A stretch of DNA of 64,000 nt from the NCBI RefSeq assembly GCF_004010195.1, contig NC_057732.1, positions 33,682,584 to 33,746,583 of the forward strand, read 5' to 3'. Both the position numbers and the translations under genes were made by a program. Shown here one piece after another: positions 37,383-50,651 of this stretch. Every line of letters begins with the position of its first letter. Positions within the stretch are counted from its first letter, which is position 1. The notes beneath the pieces were generated by a model that was not told the origin of the DNA, searched no databases, and saw nothing but the letters and a program-made list of their open reading frames with translations. This stretch comes from Chiloscyllium plagiosum (taxonomy: Eukaryota).

Positions 37383-37904
37383 GTAGAGTGTTTGAATGCT
37401 CCTTGGAGTATTTCTGCTCTTCCTGGCAGACAAGGAGTATACAAAGACCTATGACCACTTTCATAACCCAGAAGGCAACCAAGAAACCGAGTGACCAACT
37501 ATTAGTTTAAAAACAGGTTAGCAATTGTGGGAGCCTGATCTAAATATCATCACAAAGTGGTTCAAACCCCTTTGTCATAAAATGGCAAAGAATATGCATA
37601 TAACAGGTTGTAGATGCTTTTTAAACAATATATGCAAACGAGTTTAATCTCCCCACCAACGCGTCCAACACTAACCTCCTCACCACTTTTGGGTGTGACA
37701 AGCTTAATATCAACACCAACAAAATAACTGTGTAGGTGAGATGCAGTTTTTCGATGAGAAACTGGAGTTGGTGGGTAAACATAGATCATTGTCACTCGAT
37801 GGACAAAAGCACGACAGATCAAAGCATTTCCACTCAGCTGTACAACAGGATAAAGGCATTAAATGACGTAATTTACCAGACCATCCTAAAAGACTGAGAC
37901 ATGA

Positions 37905-38060
37905 ATTAAAAATCAGACAACACCATGTTATAGTACAACAGGTTTATTTGGAAACAGTAGCTTTCAAAGCTAGTGCTTCCAAATAAACCTTTGGACTATA
38001 ACTTAGTGCTGTGTGAATTTTAACTTTGTCCACCACAGTCCAACACTGGCTCCTCCACAA
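37905..38060. mobile_element. Family B fold-back element with central hammerhead cores deleted
   Basis: Arms meet at tagctttc|aaagctag. Confidence 0.7.
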
Positions 38061-39679
38061 CATGTATTGAGATTTGACTGGGATAATGGCCCCAAGGTCA
38101 TGCTCACACAGAGGACAATCACTAGCAAGTTTGATTCTCTGGACTAGTAATACAAAAAAAACCTTCATCATGGTTCGAGTTTCAGCCTCTGATCATTATC
38201 TCAACAGCTTTGCAGAAAGCAGGTAGATGGTAGATGAAGGCAGTATCAGATGTCTGTGACGAATCCTACTCACTCCAGGCTTACACACATTTGAAAAATG
38301 CCACTTTATCTAAGTGCAGGAGAGCCACTCCCAACTGTAGTGTATTGTGTACTGCAACACAAGGAATCACCTTCAGAAATGGTAAAGGGAAGGCAAGTGA
38401 GGAATTAAAAATACTTTTTGGCAAAGGTCTGCTCAGCTCTCAAAAATAATGCATATCATGGTGAAAATAATGACAATTTGTCCTTTTCCCTCCTCCAAAA
38501 GTATTAACAGTTGTGACTCCCAAATTATCCATAACCCACATTGCTTTATAAGCACTAATTCTGAATGCTGAACATGTCAACACTTGTATTCTGATTCAAC
38601 TCAGTCAGAGTGCATGGATTTAAACAAACATCTACTAACACCTTCAAGCGGAAATCTAATCTTTCATGGTGTCTACATTGAGAAACAGGTTATTCAACTG
38701 AGTTTAGTGGTCAAACTGAAGGGCAGCAACACATTTCAAAACCACAATGATACATTGTAAAATGAATAGCAAATTTACACACAATTTAATTGTGGCAAAA
38801 TCACTCAGATGTGCACAAGATTTGGGTGTCATAAATTTAACTGACCTATGTTTTGAACTCCTTTTTATTCAGCCAGTGCAACAATTATCAGATTTGATCA
38901 AACATTTGGGACTCATTTTATTGTGGTTCTAAATTCCAACTTTGTGCGTCATCAGGGTAGTTTCGGTAAGACAAGTCAAATCATGATTCTCTGGATAGCT
39001 AAGGACATATTCAACTCACACTATTTCGGTTAGTACTGTATAGGAGAAATTAGAATTCATAGCCCTAGGTGAATTTACTGCTTACCATCACTTGCAAAAA
39101 AAAGTCAGTAAAGATAATTTAGGATTTAACATATTCACTTTAGTTTTTAAAAATTCTATTTTGAAAGGGAATAACTGATTTTAAAAAATGAATAATATTC
39201 TAGTATTGTCACTCAACCAGTTACTTCAGGCTGCAGCATTCAAATATTAACTTTCGATTCCAAGGACATGCAACGACAATATTTAATTCACTATCAGCAG
39301 GGTGAGGTGCCCTCCAAATTGGGAAACTGAGGTATAAAAAAGTCTAATTAGAGTATTATATAAATTAAACCTATATTTTCATGCTAATGCAGGGGAGTAG
39401 CAGTTCTTAACCAACTGTTGCATTAAAACCCTAATTCTACCACTGATGTTATGTCAGAATATAATATACAGTATGCAGAAAATGGTACGCCATGACAATA
39501 TTTTGAATATTAAAATATTTTCTTTGCTAGAATTAAACAGTCAATAACTGGAGAGCCACTTTGATCATCAGGTTAAATGTTTCCAGTAAATAGCAATTCC
39601 ACAGAAACATAACACTCCAAGATACATCCCAGAGGAAGAATGAAGGGGTCAGCAAGTACTGCTGGGATATTGTAGAAGC

Positions 39680-40427
39680 TGTGGATGTAGGTTTGCTCGC
39701 TGAACTGCAAGGTTCATTTCCAGACGTTTCGTCACCCTACTAGGTAACATCTTGAGTGGGCCTCAGGTGAAGCACTGCTGGTAAGTCCTGCTATCTATGT
39801 ATATGTTTGGGTTGGTGATGTCATTTCCTGTGGTGATGTCATTTCCAGTTATTTTTCTCAGAGGCTGGTAGATGTGGTCTAACTCAATGTGCTTGTTGAT
39901 AGAGTTCCAGTTCGAAAGCCATGCTTCTAGGAATTCTCGTGCATGTCTCTGTTTGGTTTGTCCTAGGATGATTGTGCAAGGACTGTAACAAACACTACAT
40001 TGAACAAACAGGCAGAAAACTAGCCACCAGGATACATGAACACTAATTAGCCACAAAAAGACATGATCCTCTCTCACTAGTATCCTTACATACAGATGAG
40101 GAAGGATACCATTTTGATTTGGACAACCCAACAGAGGCACGCACGAGAATTCCTAGAAGCATGACATTCCAACCGGAACTCTAACAACAAATACATCGAG
40201 TTAGACCCTAAGAAAAAGAACAGGAAGTGATTTCACGACAGGAAATTACATCACCAACTCAAACATATAAATAGAAAGAAGGACTTATCAGCAGTGCTTC
40301 GCCCGGTGGCCCAACTAAGATGTTACTAGTAGGGTGACGATACGTCTGGAGATGAACCTTCCAGCTCAGCGAGCAAATCTATATCCAGAACCTAAATCTG
40401 AGCTACAAATCTTCTCAAAATTCACTA
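39680..40427. mobile_element. Tail-to-tail inverted PLE (family C) with 13-bp TSD
   Basis: TSD atattgtagaagc at 39667-39679 and 40428-40440. GIY-YIG C-terminal peptide HAREFLEAWLSNWNSINKHIELDHIY on the left arm with its homolog on the right. Hammerhead motifs at 39720-39759(-) and about 40308-40350(+). Confidence 0.85.
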
Positions 40428-40789
40428 ATATTGTAGAAGCAACAGAAAGCTGAGTATCTGCAAGTATTTTGTAGAATAGCAAGAATTAGGCAGAGGGTAG
40501 ACATGAGACCATCTCCAATGGAGATGGTTAAACAAGCAGGAGGTAAAAATGTGGAATTTATGTATTATCATTTTAAATATGAATGGACCAAAGATTCCAA
40601 GACTTAGTATGTCAATAAAGATGGGCAGGATGGGTAAGTGCAATATGACACATTTGGTAAAGTTTTGGACAAGTTGGAGTTTATTGAAGGTGATGTCAGA
40701 AAGCTCGCAAGCAGTGAATAGAGGAAATTGAATCGAGAAATGACAAAGATGCAGCTAAAATTTAAATTAGTTATCGAGTAACTTTTGCA

Positions 40790-41945
40790 CCACATAAATG
40801 CCAGGCAATGACCACCTCCATTAAAAGACAATCTAATCATCGTCCCTCAACATTTAATGGCATTACCTCACTCTCAATATCCTCAGAGTTACCATTAATT
40901 TGAAACTAAGAGTATTCGAGAAGATTTATAGCTCAGGTTGTGGATGAGCTTGTTGACATGCTTGCTGAGCTGATTATTTGCAGAGATTGCATCACCATTC
41001 TAGGTAACATCATCAGTGCGCCTCCAGTGAAGCGCTGGCATTCTGTCCCATTTGCTATTTCCGGTTTTGTTGCTGGTTCCGTTTCTTAGTGGTTGGTATA
41101 TCGGGCATGGGAATTCCTGGAAGCCTGGACATCTATTAACAGACGTGTAGAGTTGGACCCCATATATCAAACAATAAGAAACAGAACCAGCAACAAAACC
41201 AGAAATGACACCACCAATCCCAGCAGACCCAGGCACATAAATAGCAAGTGGGATAGAACACCAACACTTCACCAGAGGCGCATTGATGGTGTTACATAGA
41301 ATAGTGACGAAACATCTGCAAACAAACTTACCAGCTTAGCGAGCAAGTCAACAACCTCATTAGAAACTAAACTGGACAAGCCATATAAATACAGTGACTA
41401 CAATAGCAGGTCAGAGGGTAGGAATACTGCAGATGTGACTTCCCAAAGTATGTCTGCCATCTACAAGGCATAAATCAGGTATGAGATAGAATATTCCCCA
41501 CTTGCCTGGATGGGTGCAGCTCCAGCAACACTCAAAAAGCTTGACACCATCCAGGACAAAACAGCCTATTTCATTATTTGTGGATGTGATGCCATTTACT
41601 CCCATCACCACCAGTAACACTGTATACTATCTACAGATGTACTGCAGAAATAAACCAAGAGGTAGCAAATTTGTTATCACTTACCACTTAGAAAGAAGAG
41701 CACCAGATACAATGGGAACACCACCAACTACAAGTTTCCATCCTGACTTAAATACATTGCTTTTCTTTCAGTATCACTGGGTCAAGATCCTGGAATTCCC
41801 TCCCTAATGGCATTGTGGATTTCCCCATAGCACGTAGACTCAGCAGTTTATGAAGGCAGCTCATCACCATCTTCTCAAGAGCAACTAGGGATGGGCACAA
41901 AACACTGAACCAGCCAGTAACAGCGACGACTCAAAAGCGAATTTT
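40790..41945 (+). mobile_element. Old CR1/L2-type LINE 3' fragment, interrupted
   Basis: YKA.IR..IEYSPLAWMGAAPA.LKKLDTIQDK motif at 41460-41560; 3' tail gcaactagggatgggca. Confidence 0.7.
40910..41362. mobile_element. Fold-back PLE family C insertion
   Basis: gaaactaa duplicated at 40902-40909 and 41363-41370; WEFLEAWTSINRRVELDPIY; hammerhead remnants near 40985-41020(-) and 41277-41320(+). Confidence 0.75.
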
Positions 41946-42589
41946 AAGTGAAAGCTAAAGAAGGTGGAATGATTCTGTCTGATTGATTAGAAATAAGGAT
42001 TGAGGATTAGCTCTGCAACGGCAAAGAAGGCAATTTTGCATAGCACCTGTGCATGCAACCATACAGGGATGAAGTCATGCATTAAGTGGTTAGTTTTGAC
42101 AGAGAACAACTTTCTTTTTGTTTACTGAAAGAAAATGTGTCTCATCTTGGGCAAAATTAAACAAATGGTGTAACAGCCAAGAATTACTCTTGGATGTATT
42201 AGCAATTCATCCAAGGGAAAAGGGAAATAAGTGGGTAGTAAGCACCATGAGGTGGAAGAAATATTTCCTAGGCAATAATAAACACTAAAATGACAGATCT
42301 GATGGACATAAATTACCCACCAACTCCCATTTACCCAAGAGAAATTTAATTAACTTGGCTCTTAATACTAATTTTCGATTAAATAGGGATGAAACAAAGA
42401 CTAAAATGGTTTTAAGGCCTTGACCCTTCATTTTTAAATGGAACTGCACAGCTTTCAAAACATAATTTGATCAATTAAGCATTTGTAAGATGTTACTATA
42501 GAAAATTATAATCTGCAATAGAGAAACATGGACACAAAGATTCATGGTTCACGAATAAGAGGGGATAAAAATATCTAGTTTGAACAGTA

Positions 42590-42690
42590 ACAAGAACTGA
42601 AATTGCTGTAAAGTCTCAGCAGATCTGGCAGCATCTGTGGAGAGAAATCAGAGTTAACTTTTCGGATCCAGTGACCCTTCTTCAGAACTG
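42590..42690 (-). mobile_element. Solo pLTR-like element (family D) with hammerhead motif at 42652-42689
   Basis: Reverse complement reads aguu-CUGAAGA-A-GGGUC ACUG GAUCC-GAAAA GUU|aacu. Confidence 0.7.
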
Positions 42691-42854
42691 TTTCTTGCGA
42701 CTGTGATGCTCCTTGTACAAGTCCTTTTGTTGCTAATTTGTGTAGTACTACTCCACCATGCTAGCCCTTTTTATTTTGAAAATTAATTCCAATTACATAC
42801 AAAAATACCATTATTCTTCGAACACCATACTGTAAGCTTGTTTCCCTTAGCAAC

Positions 42855-43055
42855 TGTGGTGCATTTACGAAATGAACTGCCACAAGAAATGGTGGAGGTG
42901 GGTACAATTACAACATTTAAAAGACACCTGGATGGGTACATGAATAGAAAGAGTTGAGGGATATGGGCCAAATGGGACTAGGTCAGATTGGGATGTCAGG
43001 TCAGCATGGATGAGTTGGCTGAAGGGCATGTTTCTATGTTGTATTTCTCTATACT
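42855..43055 (+). mobile_element. CR1 3' end
   Basis: atttaaaagacacctggatgggtacatgaatag...gaagggcatgtttctatgttgta. Confidence 0.8.
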
Positions 43056-43994
43056 TCCAGATATACTCCCATCCTTTCCAATGTTGGAAGTAATACAGAA
43101 AGAGTATAACCTTACATCAAGTATATTCATGTTTTAAACTAACTATAATAGATGTGGGTTTCACATTGATGTCACAAGAGACATTTGACCCTGTAAATTG
43201 CTACTTTCTAATCTCCTAGCTCACAAACAGATACAGATACGAAGACCCAAAGCTGTCCTCACGTCCTTTCTGCTCTCAATGCTTGGGAAACCTAGCCTCC
43301 CACTGTAAAACCTGCAGAGCAGGTCAAGTCAGCAGCTGACAGTTTCATTAAAATACAGTAGTCGAAGAGCCAAGCTGCTTTCTGGAAGCAGGCTGGCCTA
43401 CTTCCCATTTTCCTGCCTCAGGAAAGAAAAATTGGAAGCAAGCAGATTGGAGGTGGACTGGGATCCAGCTTCAGAATTAAAAAAAATTAGAAATCTGTCT
43501 CAACACCAAAACCTCAATTTTATCTGTTAAAAGGCAGTCCGATTAGTCCAAAGTTAGCTGCTCCTGCAGTGCATGCTGCCACACTTGATATTCTAACCTA
43601 CAATTCACATTATTGCAAAGGCTATATTTCTCTTCTTTCAACTTAATTAGCTAGTGAACCCTGGTCATCTTTTTCAACAGTACTTTCTGGATACCTCTTT
43701 GTTGCTATAATCACTTGGCCTTTTCCTATCTTTCTTGCTTCTTTCATCAAACTTAATCCAGCAAGGTTCACCTAGGTTCCTTTGTCATAGCCATGACAAC
43801 ACTGTTCCTGGGTTGTACTGTTCACCAGCTCCCTCCTCAAATGGTCACTTTTAAAGTCTTAATGCTAGCCTGGCTATATCATTTACTCAAGATGACTCAT
43901 TTCCTGAACTTGATATTATGCATACACCAATTCAAGCTCCAGCTTAGCCTTGTAAATTCCTGCATTTAGAAGCTCTGCATTTAAGTTTAATCGT

Positions 43995-44572
43995 TATACA
44001 GTCACAGGTATATACAGGATGGAAACAGACCCTTCGGTCCAACTCACCCATGCTGACCAGATATCCTAAATTAATCTAGTTCCATTTGCCAGCACTTGGC
44101 CAATGTCTCTCTAAACCCTTCCTATTCATATCACCATCCAGATGCCTTTTAAATGTTATATTTTACCAGTCTCCACCACTTTCTCTGGCAGCTCATTTCA
44201 TACATGCACCACCCTATACATGGAAAAATTACCCTTTAATCCCTTTTAAACCTTTCCCCTCTCATCTCAAACCTATGGTGTGTAGCTCTGGACTCTCACA
44301 CCCCAGGGAAAAGACCTTGGCTATTCACCCTAACAATGCCCCTCAAGATTTTATAAACCTCTATACGGTCACCCCTCAGCGTCTGATGCTCCAGGGAAAA
44401 CAGCCCCAGCCTATTCAGCCTCTCCCCATAGATCAAACCCTTCAATGCTGACAACATCCTTGTAAATCTTTCCTGAACCCTTTCAAGTTTCACAACATCC
44501 TTCCTATAGCAAGAAGACCAGAATTGCATGCAGCATTCCAATAGTAATGGCCTAACCAATGTTCTGTACAGT
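43995..44572 (-). mobile_element. CR1 3' fragment
   Basis: VRPLLLECCMQFWSSCYRKDVVKLERVQERFTRML. Confidence 0.88.
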
Positions 44573-47500
44573 TTTCACACCCACTGTAGCTAATTTGGAA
44601 GCTTTCCAAAGCAAGGGAACCTCAGCAATTCAGTTTAGTTTTCCTTTTCTTATTATATTTTGCCACTTTGGTTTCACTGAACAAACCCTGCTAGCTCCTT
44701 TTAAATTTGACTTCCCCCGAGGCATTGTTTAATTAAGTTCATTTCAGGGCATCAATTCACAAAATTTCACATCTTTTTCACCTTTGTTCCTCTGCACTGC
44801 AGCCTTAATTCCTCAATGGCTCTCATACCTGCTTCTGCTCGCTCAAAGCAAAAGCCAGTTCCTGACTTGTTTGTCTTTTGGGTTAATTACCCAAATTGCT
44901 GAAAGTTCAGATTTTGGAAGGCTGGGAAAAGAAAAACTGAACTTGCCAGTGCAGAAATCTTTTTCTTCCAAAGTTTACCTTGTGGATTTAATTATCTCCC
45001 AATGCAGGTAGTGATCCTTTTGCTTTATTTTTACCTGTACTGAAGATATTTCACTTATGATTTTCATTTATTTAAATTCAGACCTTGCAGCTGGCTTGCT
45101 GCAGGACTGGAAGAGACTTGATAGGATGCACCCAACACTCGTAATGCATCCTCTCTCCAACTGAACAATTTAACTGCCCACTCAGTCACTTGTAGAAGGT
45201 AGCCCGCCATTTCTTCTCAGTAAATAACCAAGAAATATTGGCCTCATGAAATCTGCCCACAAACCAACTCCCACCCCCACCCCCCACCCCACACTCCCTC
45301 CCAACCAAAAGAAGCCATTGCAATCAGTTGCATTCAGAGACAAATCAACCAGATGAAAAATGCTGAAAGTAAACTCATTTACGTGTTAGCAAAATGAAAA
45401 CATTGCAATGTTAGAGCATTTTTCAATATATAACTGCCTCTCAAAATGTTTCTGAAAACCAAGTACTGCTTTTGAACACAAGCAAGAACAAATCCATTTT
45501 GTGGTTTAATCTCTATTTTTGGTAAAAATGCAACTAATTTTTACATTGTGCACCATCATCAAATGTCCACTGTGACATTCCAAGTCAATAAATGTCAAGC
45601 TTTCATCACTTGGCTCGTCCACAGACCATAAACTCTCAGCAATACTAAACAGCAAATGGCCAGCATTACAGAACAACTGGGATGCAAATAAAATGCTTTC
45701 CAAAGCTGGTGTACTCAATAGATGTAAATTTCTGAACTTGTTTTGTAGTTTCAGCATGTCTGCACATATGGGACCCAGCAACACAGATGTGTTAATGGAA
45801 GAGGAATTAGACAGTGAGTCAAGCCTGTGGAGTTTCAGATCTGAGTCACACATGACTTATTCCAGTAAATCAAGTCCTACATCCAACATTTATAAGTTTT
45901 TAAATCTTGACTGTAGAGGGCATGTGCCACACTGTCGCATCAATAAGCAAAACAAGAACCAAATACTTTTCAAGGTTGTGATTTAAGATAATCTTCATGA
46001 TGTAGGAAATTAAAAATAAGCTTCCTATCAAGATTCCCATAAACTGCACCTTACACTCAAAAAGAAAATTAAATTATAAACAAAAGTTATATTATTAACA
46101 CCTCAACATTAACTGTTTTGTCTATAATTTTACTATGGCCTTAAATTAAAGACCAGCAAAAAAAGTGTATTATAGACTACCTACAAAAATTGTTTTCCAG
46201 GGTAAATGGGGGAAATGAAGTAAGAATTGGCAGTTTAGGAGCCTTAATACATCACAACTTTATAGGACAGGCTACTTAGATCAGTGAATCTTTCCTGCCC
46301 ATCAATTTTGCACGTTCCTTTTGTGCATTTCAGTTAAAAGTATTGCATTTTTGTGAAAATCAGTGACGTATGAGTTAGCTCATCTGTTAATTATAAACAA
46401 AGCTAGAAGACATGATCATGACAACCCACCACGCAATTGGCTTGTTTTCTTGTTGTAGCAATTTGGTCTTGGTCACCCTATTTCTCAGGAAGCTGGTCCC
46501 TTTGAAACAATTGTTCTCCACTCTAAAGTTATCAAGAGCTCCCAACATTCTGGTCTAATAGCCAATTCCCATGAAAAGTTGAGGAACTGCAATCTTGACA
46601 TTTGAACTGCTGCATGCTGTAGGGCATTTGAAGAACAAGATATCTTCAAAGTTTTGACTAAGTCTTGTAGAAAGAAATATGTATTTTGATTTATCTTTAA
46701 ATGCAACTTCAAATAGCTAGGGCAAATCCAGTTATTTTGTTAATCAGGTGCATTTCATTTCCTCTCTCTGCTGTTTCCTATGTGTCCTATATTTATTATC
46801 TTAGCCAATAATATTTGACGTTTTTAGCTATAATATACATAGCACTATTGTATTATTAGTGGTCAGCGAAATAAATATCTATAGTCCAACCCATAATAAG
46901 CACCAGGCACTATAAGGCAATCAAAGCCTCAATTTACAATAAGTTTGAAAGATTACTTTAAGGCCTAGTGACAGATTCTATTACTCAGATCTAATGGTGC
47001 AACTGTTAAACAAATACTGAAACCTGAATAACCATGACATCCATAAAGGTTTAAGGAACACACACTAGAAAAATATACAGAGGGTATATTTAAGCAAAAT
47101 TAGCGTAACATTAAATTTCAGTTTCATGAAATTTTACAGTACATGGGGAGATCATTCTATCTTTTGAGTGTGCAAACTCTGCTGTTTTCATCTCTGTGCC
47201 TGCAAATTATTGTCTTCTGTTTGAATTTAAGAATTACAATGATATTCTTTGTTTTTAATCAGACTTCTACTCTTTAAACAATAAATAACATCTGCCATTA
47301 CCTAAAAAGGAACAGAGTTTGTGTAAACATGGGAAGTTTTGCAATTTCACTTCATTGTGATTTGATCAACAAAGATAGAATTATTAACCCATTTGCACAA
47401 AAGTGCAACTGTTGGTTTTAATATTTCCTAAACAGAAGAAACATTACAGGAAGGAAGGATGATCTTAAAAAAAACAGAAGAGAAAGGTTATTATTGTATT

Positions 47501-47987
47501 GAATGTTCTGAATGATGAATGGAATAGATGGATTCAAGCTGTGTGCTAAAGAATTAACAGCTGTTCAGAGTGAAATTACGCAGGAAAGCATTCACTGTGA
47601 ACAGCCTTCAGTGCCAGCAAAGAACCAACACAGATTCCTGCACCATTAGTCAAAGTTGAAAATAACAATTACCTACACATTAAATCAGCATTGTCTCTGG
47701 CCCATTGAACCTAGTGGTACAAACATGCAACAGGGAATAAGAAAATCAATGATAGTCCCTTATATCTCCCCAAATATCAAAGGATTGCCTTCAGACCAAA
47801 AATAGGGCAGTTAGAAGTAGATGTCTCTGGTTGTTGCAATCTATCAATTATCTTAAGCTCATGGTGATGTAGAATTGCCACATCTCACTAAAGTAAGCAC
47901 ATTGGAATTTAATGCAAAAGAATTAAAACTTTATGCAAAGTCCCCAATCTCCTGTCAGGCTAACAGACATCATGGACCAGGTTTCTG

Positions 47988-48558
47988 TAGAGTCATAGAG
48001 ATACAAGAGACTCTTTGGTCCAACTCGTCCATGCCGACCAGATATGCCTAATCTATTCTAGTCCCATTTGCCAGCAATTGGCCCGTATCCCTCCAAACCC
48101 TTCCTATTCATATACCCATCCAGATGCCTTTTAAATGCTTTAATTGTACCAGCCTCCACCACTTCCTCTGGCAGCTCATTCCATACACGCACCACACTCT
48201 GCATGAAAATGTTGCCCCTTGGGTCTCTTTTATATCTTTCCCCTCTCATCCTAAACCTATGCCCTCTAGTTCTGGACTTCCCCACCCCAGGGAAAAATAC
48301 TTTGCCTATTTACCCTGTCCATGCCCCTTATGATTTTATAAACCTCTATAAGGTCACCCCGCAGCCTTCAATGCTCCAAGGAAAACAGCCCTAGCCTATT
48401 CAGCCTCACCCTATAACTCCAATCCTGGCAACATCCTTATGAATCTTTTCTGAACCCTTGCAAGTTTCACAAAATCCGTCTGATAGGAAGGAGACCAGAA
48501 TTGCATGCAATATTCCAAAAGTGGTCTGACCAACGTCCTGTACAGCTCCAACATGACT
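47988..48558 (-). mobile_element. CR1 3' fragment
   Basis: SRTRGHRFRMRGERYKRD...WNELPEEVVEAG. Confidence 0.88.
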
Positions 48559-48662
48559 TAATTACTATTCATTACAAATAAACAGAACCTAGCTACAGGT
48601 AAATAATTATGAACTGCTGACATGTAATTCCACCAATTAAACTTGAACTCCATCTAAACCTC

Positions 48663-48664
<2 letters not shown>

Positions 48665-48693
<29 letters not shown>
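48665..48693. repeat. (AT)n microsatellite
   Basis: Direct reading. Confidence 0.95.
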
Positions 48694-48699
<6 letters not shown>

Positions 48700-49974
48700 C
48701 AGATAGGCAAAAAAAATTGATGTTTTGGGTGGAAGGGGAAAAAACCAGGAAAGGAATTCAATAGCGGCAATCCACAGGGTCAACTGAGATTATCGACTTG
48801 CTTGCTGGGACTGGTTGTACTTTGAATATTTTTAGCTGTTTACAGGAGGCACAGACAATTGGTACATTAATTACAGCATTATATTACATACATTACAGCA
48901 ACTGGTGAGGAAAACAAACTGGCTTTCTTCAGGCTTTATGTAGTTTATGAGAGAAATACAAACTAGTTGCCCTTCCAGTGGTTAGAAACATTCAGAGTCA
49001 CTCACACACACAAGGTGTTCAACAAGCCAAGAACCATCCACGTGGTTATTCATAAAAAAGTGGCCTTTGTCATCCACAGGTGGTCATAACTCCAATCAGC
49101 AACTTGTTACTGATTTTAAACACACCCTGGTACCAGTCCATTTGCAAACAGCCTCCCCTATTGGTTAAATAAAGCAGCATTGTAAATTTACAATGAGCGC
49201 CAGTTACTTGCTTTTAAAAAATACAGCAATCCATTCCACAATCCTTTGTTTTAAAATAGTTCTTTTTCCATTTCAGCCCATCATCAAAACTACAGAAAAA
49301 TGAAAGATCTGGTCTTCAGAGTGATTAATCTGCTCATCATTTCTGGCATTCAGCTCTTGTTGCTTTCTTCTCAATACTTATACGGATGGCTGGCAGTGAG
49401 CGTAAGCCTCACGCTGTCAGAACGTAAGCTTGATATCAGCAACTCCTTCTCAACTCTTATGGAGGCAACATATGTAAACTGGGTACTCACCAGTTCCACA
49501 TTAAACTATAGGGAATCTGGGGAAGATCTCACCTCCATGTATGTGGCTACTGGCATGCAGCTCTACCCCACTGGCCATGAACCTGATGCCCAGCTACAAG
49601 TAAAGAGCCTTAATGTCTTATAGGGGTCTTGATAGACAAGGCAGTTAAGGGAATAAACCCCACAGAAAATCCAAAGCTGAGTCCCATAAGCAATCAGGTT
49701 CCTTTCATCACCAGAAAGTAAAATTTTAAACCTTGCCTTTCCTTTGGACAATATTAGCAGTGCTGGCCACCTACCTCAGGCTGGACAACTTCAATTAGTT
49801 TAAAGTTAGGTACTGTCCTGCCATAGACTGCTTGCTTTATTGGATTTTTGGAACTTACAGCGTTATCTCTGAACAAGCAGATTGATCATCTAGTACCAGG
49901 CAAGACAAGCACAACAAAGAAGACACCAGACTTGCACATTGTAAGATGGAATACAAGAATTTTTTGCTTTCATT

Positions 49975-50651
49975 TAGAGTCAAAGAGTCATAGAGATGTA
50001 CAGCTTGGAAACAGACCCTTCAGTCCAACCTGTCCATGCCGACCAGATATCCCAACCCAAACTAGTCCCACCTGCCAGCACCCGGCCCATATCCCTCCAA
50101 ACCCTTCCTATTCATATACCCATCCAAATGCCTCTGAAATGCAATTGTACCAGTCTCCACCACATCTTCTGGCAGCTCATTCCATACACGTACTACCCTC
50201 TGCGTGAAAAAGTTGTCCATTAGGTCTCTTTTATATCTTTCCCCTCTCACCCGAAACCTATGCCCTCTAGTTCTGGACTCCCCAACCCCAGGGAAAAGAC
50301 TTTGTCTATTTATCCTATCCATGCCCCTCATAATTTTGTAAACCTCTATAAGGTCACCCCTCAGCCTCCAACGCTCCAGGGAAAACAGCCCCTGCCTGTT
50401 CATTCTCTTCCTGTAGCTCAAATCCTCCAATCCTGGCAACACCCTTGTAACATCTTTTCTGAACCCTTTCAAATTTCACAACATCTTTCCGATAGGAAAG
50501 AGACCAGAATTGCACGCAATATTCCAACAGTGGCCTAACCAATGTCCTGTACAGCTACAACATGACCTCCCAACTCCTGTACTCAATACTCTGACCAATA
50601 AAGGAAAGCATACCAAACACCTTCTTTACTATCCTATCTACCTGCGACTCC
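49975..50651 (-). mobile_element. CR1 3' fragment
   Basis: LRGDLIEVYKIMRGMDRINRQSLFPGVGESRTRGH; agagtca tail. Confidence 0.9.

Noticed and set aside
45506-45853. 115-aa ORF in unique sequence
   Set aside because: No recognisable domain or splice context.
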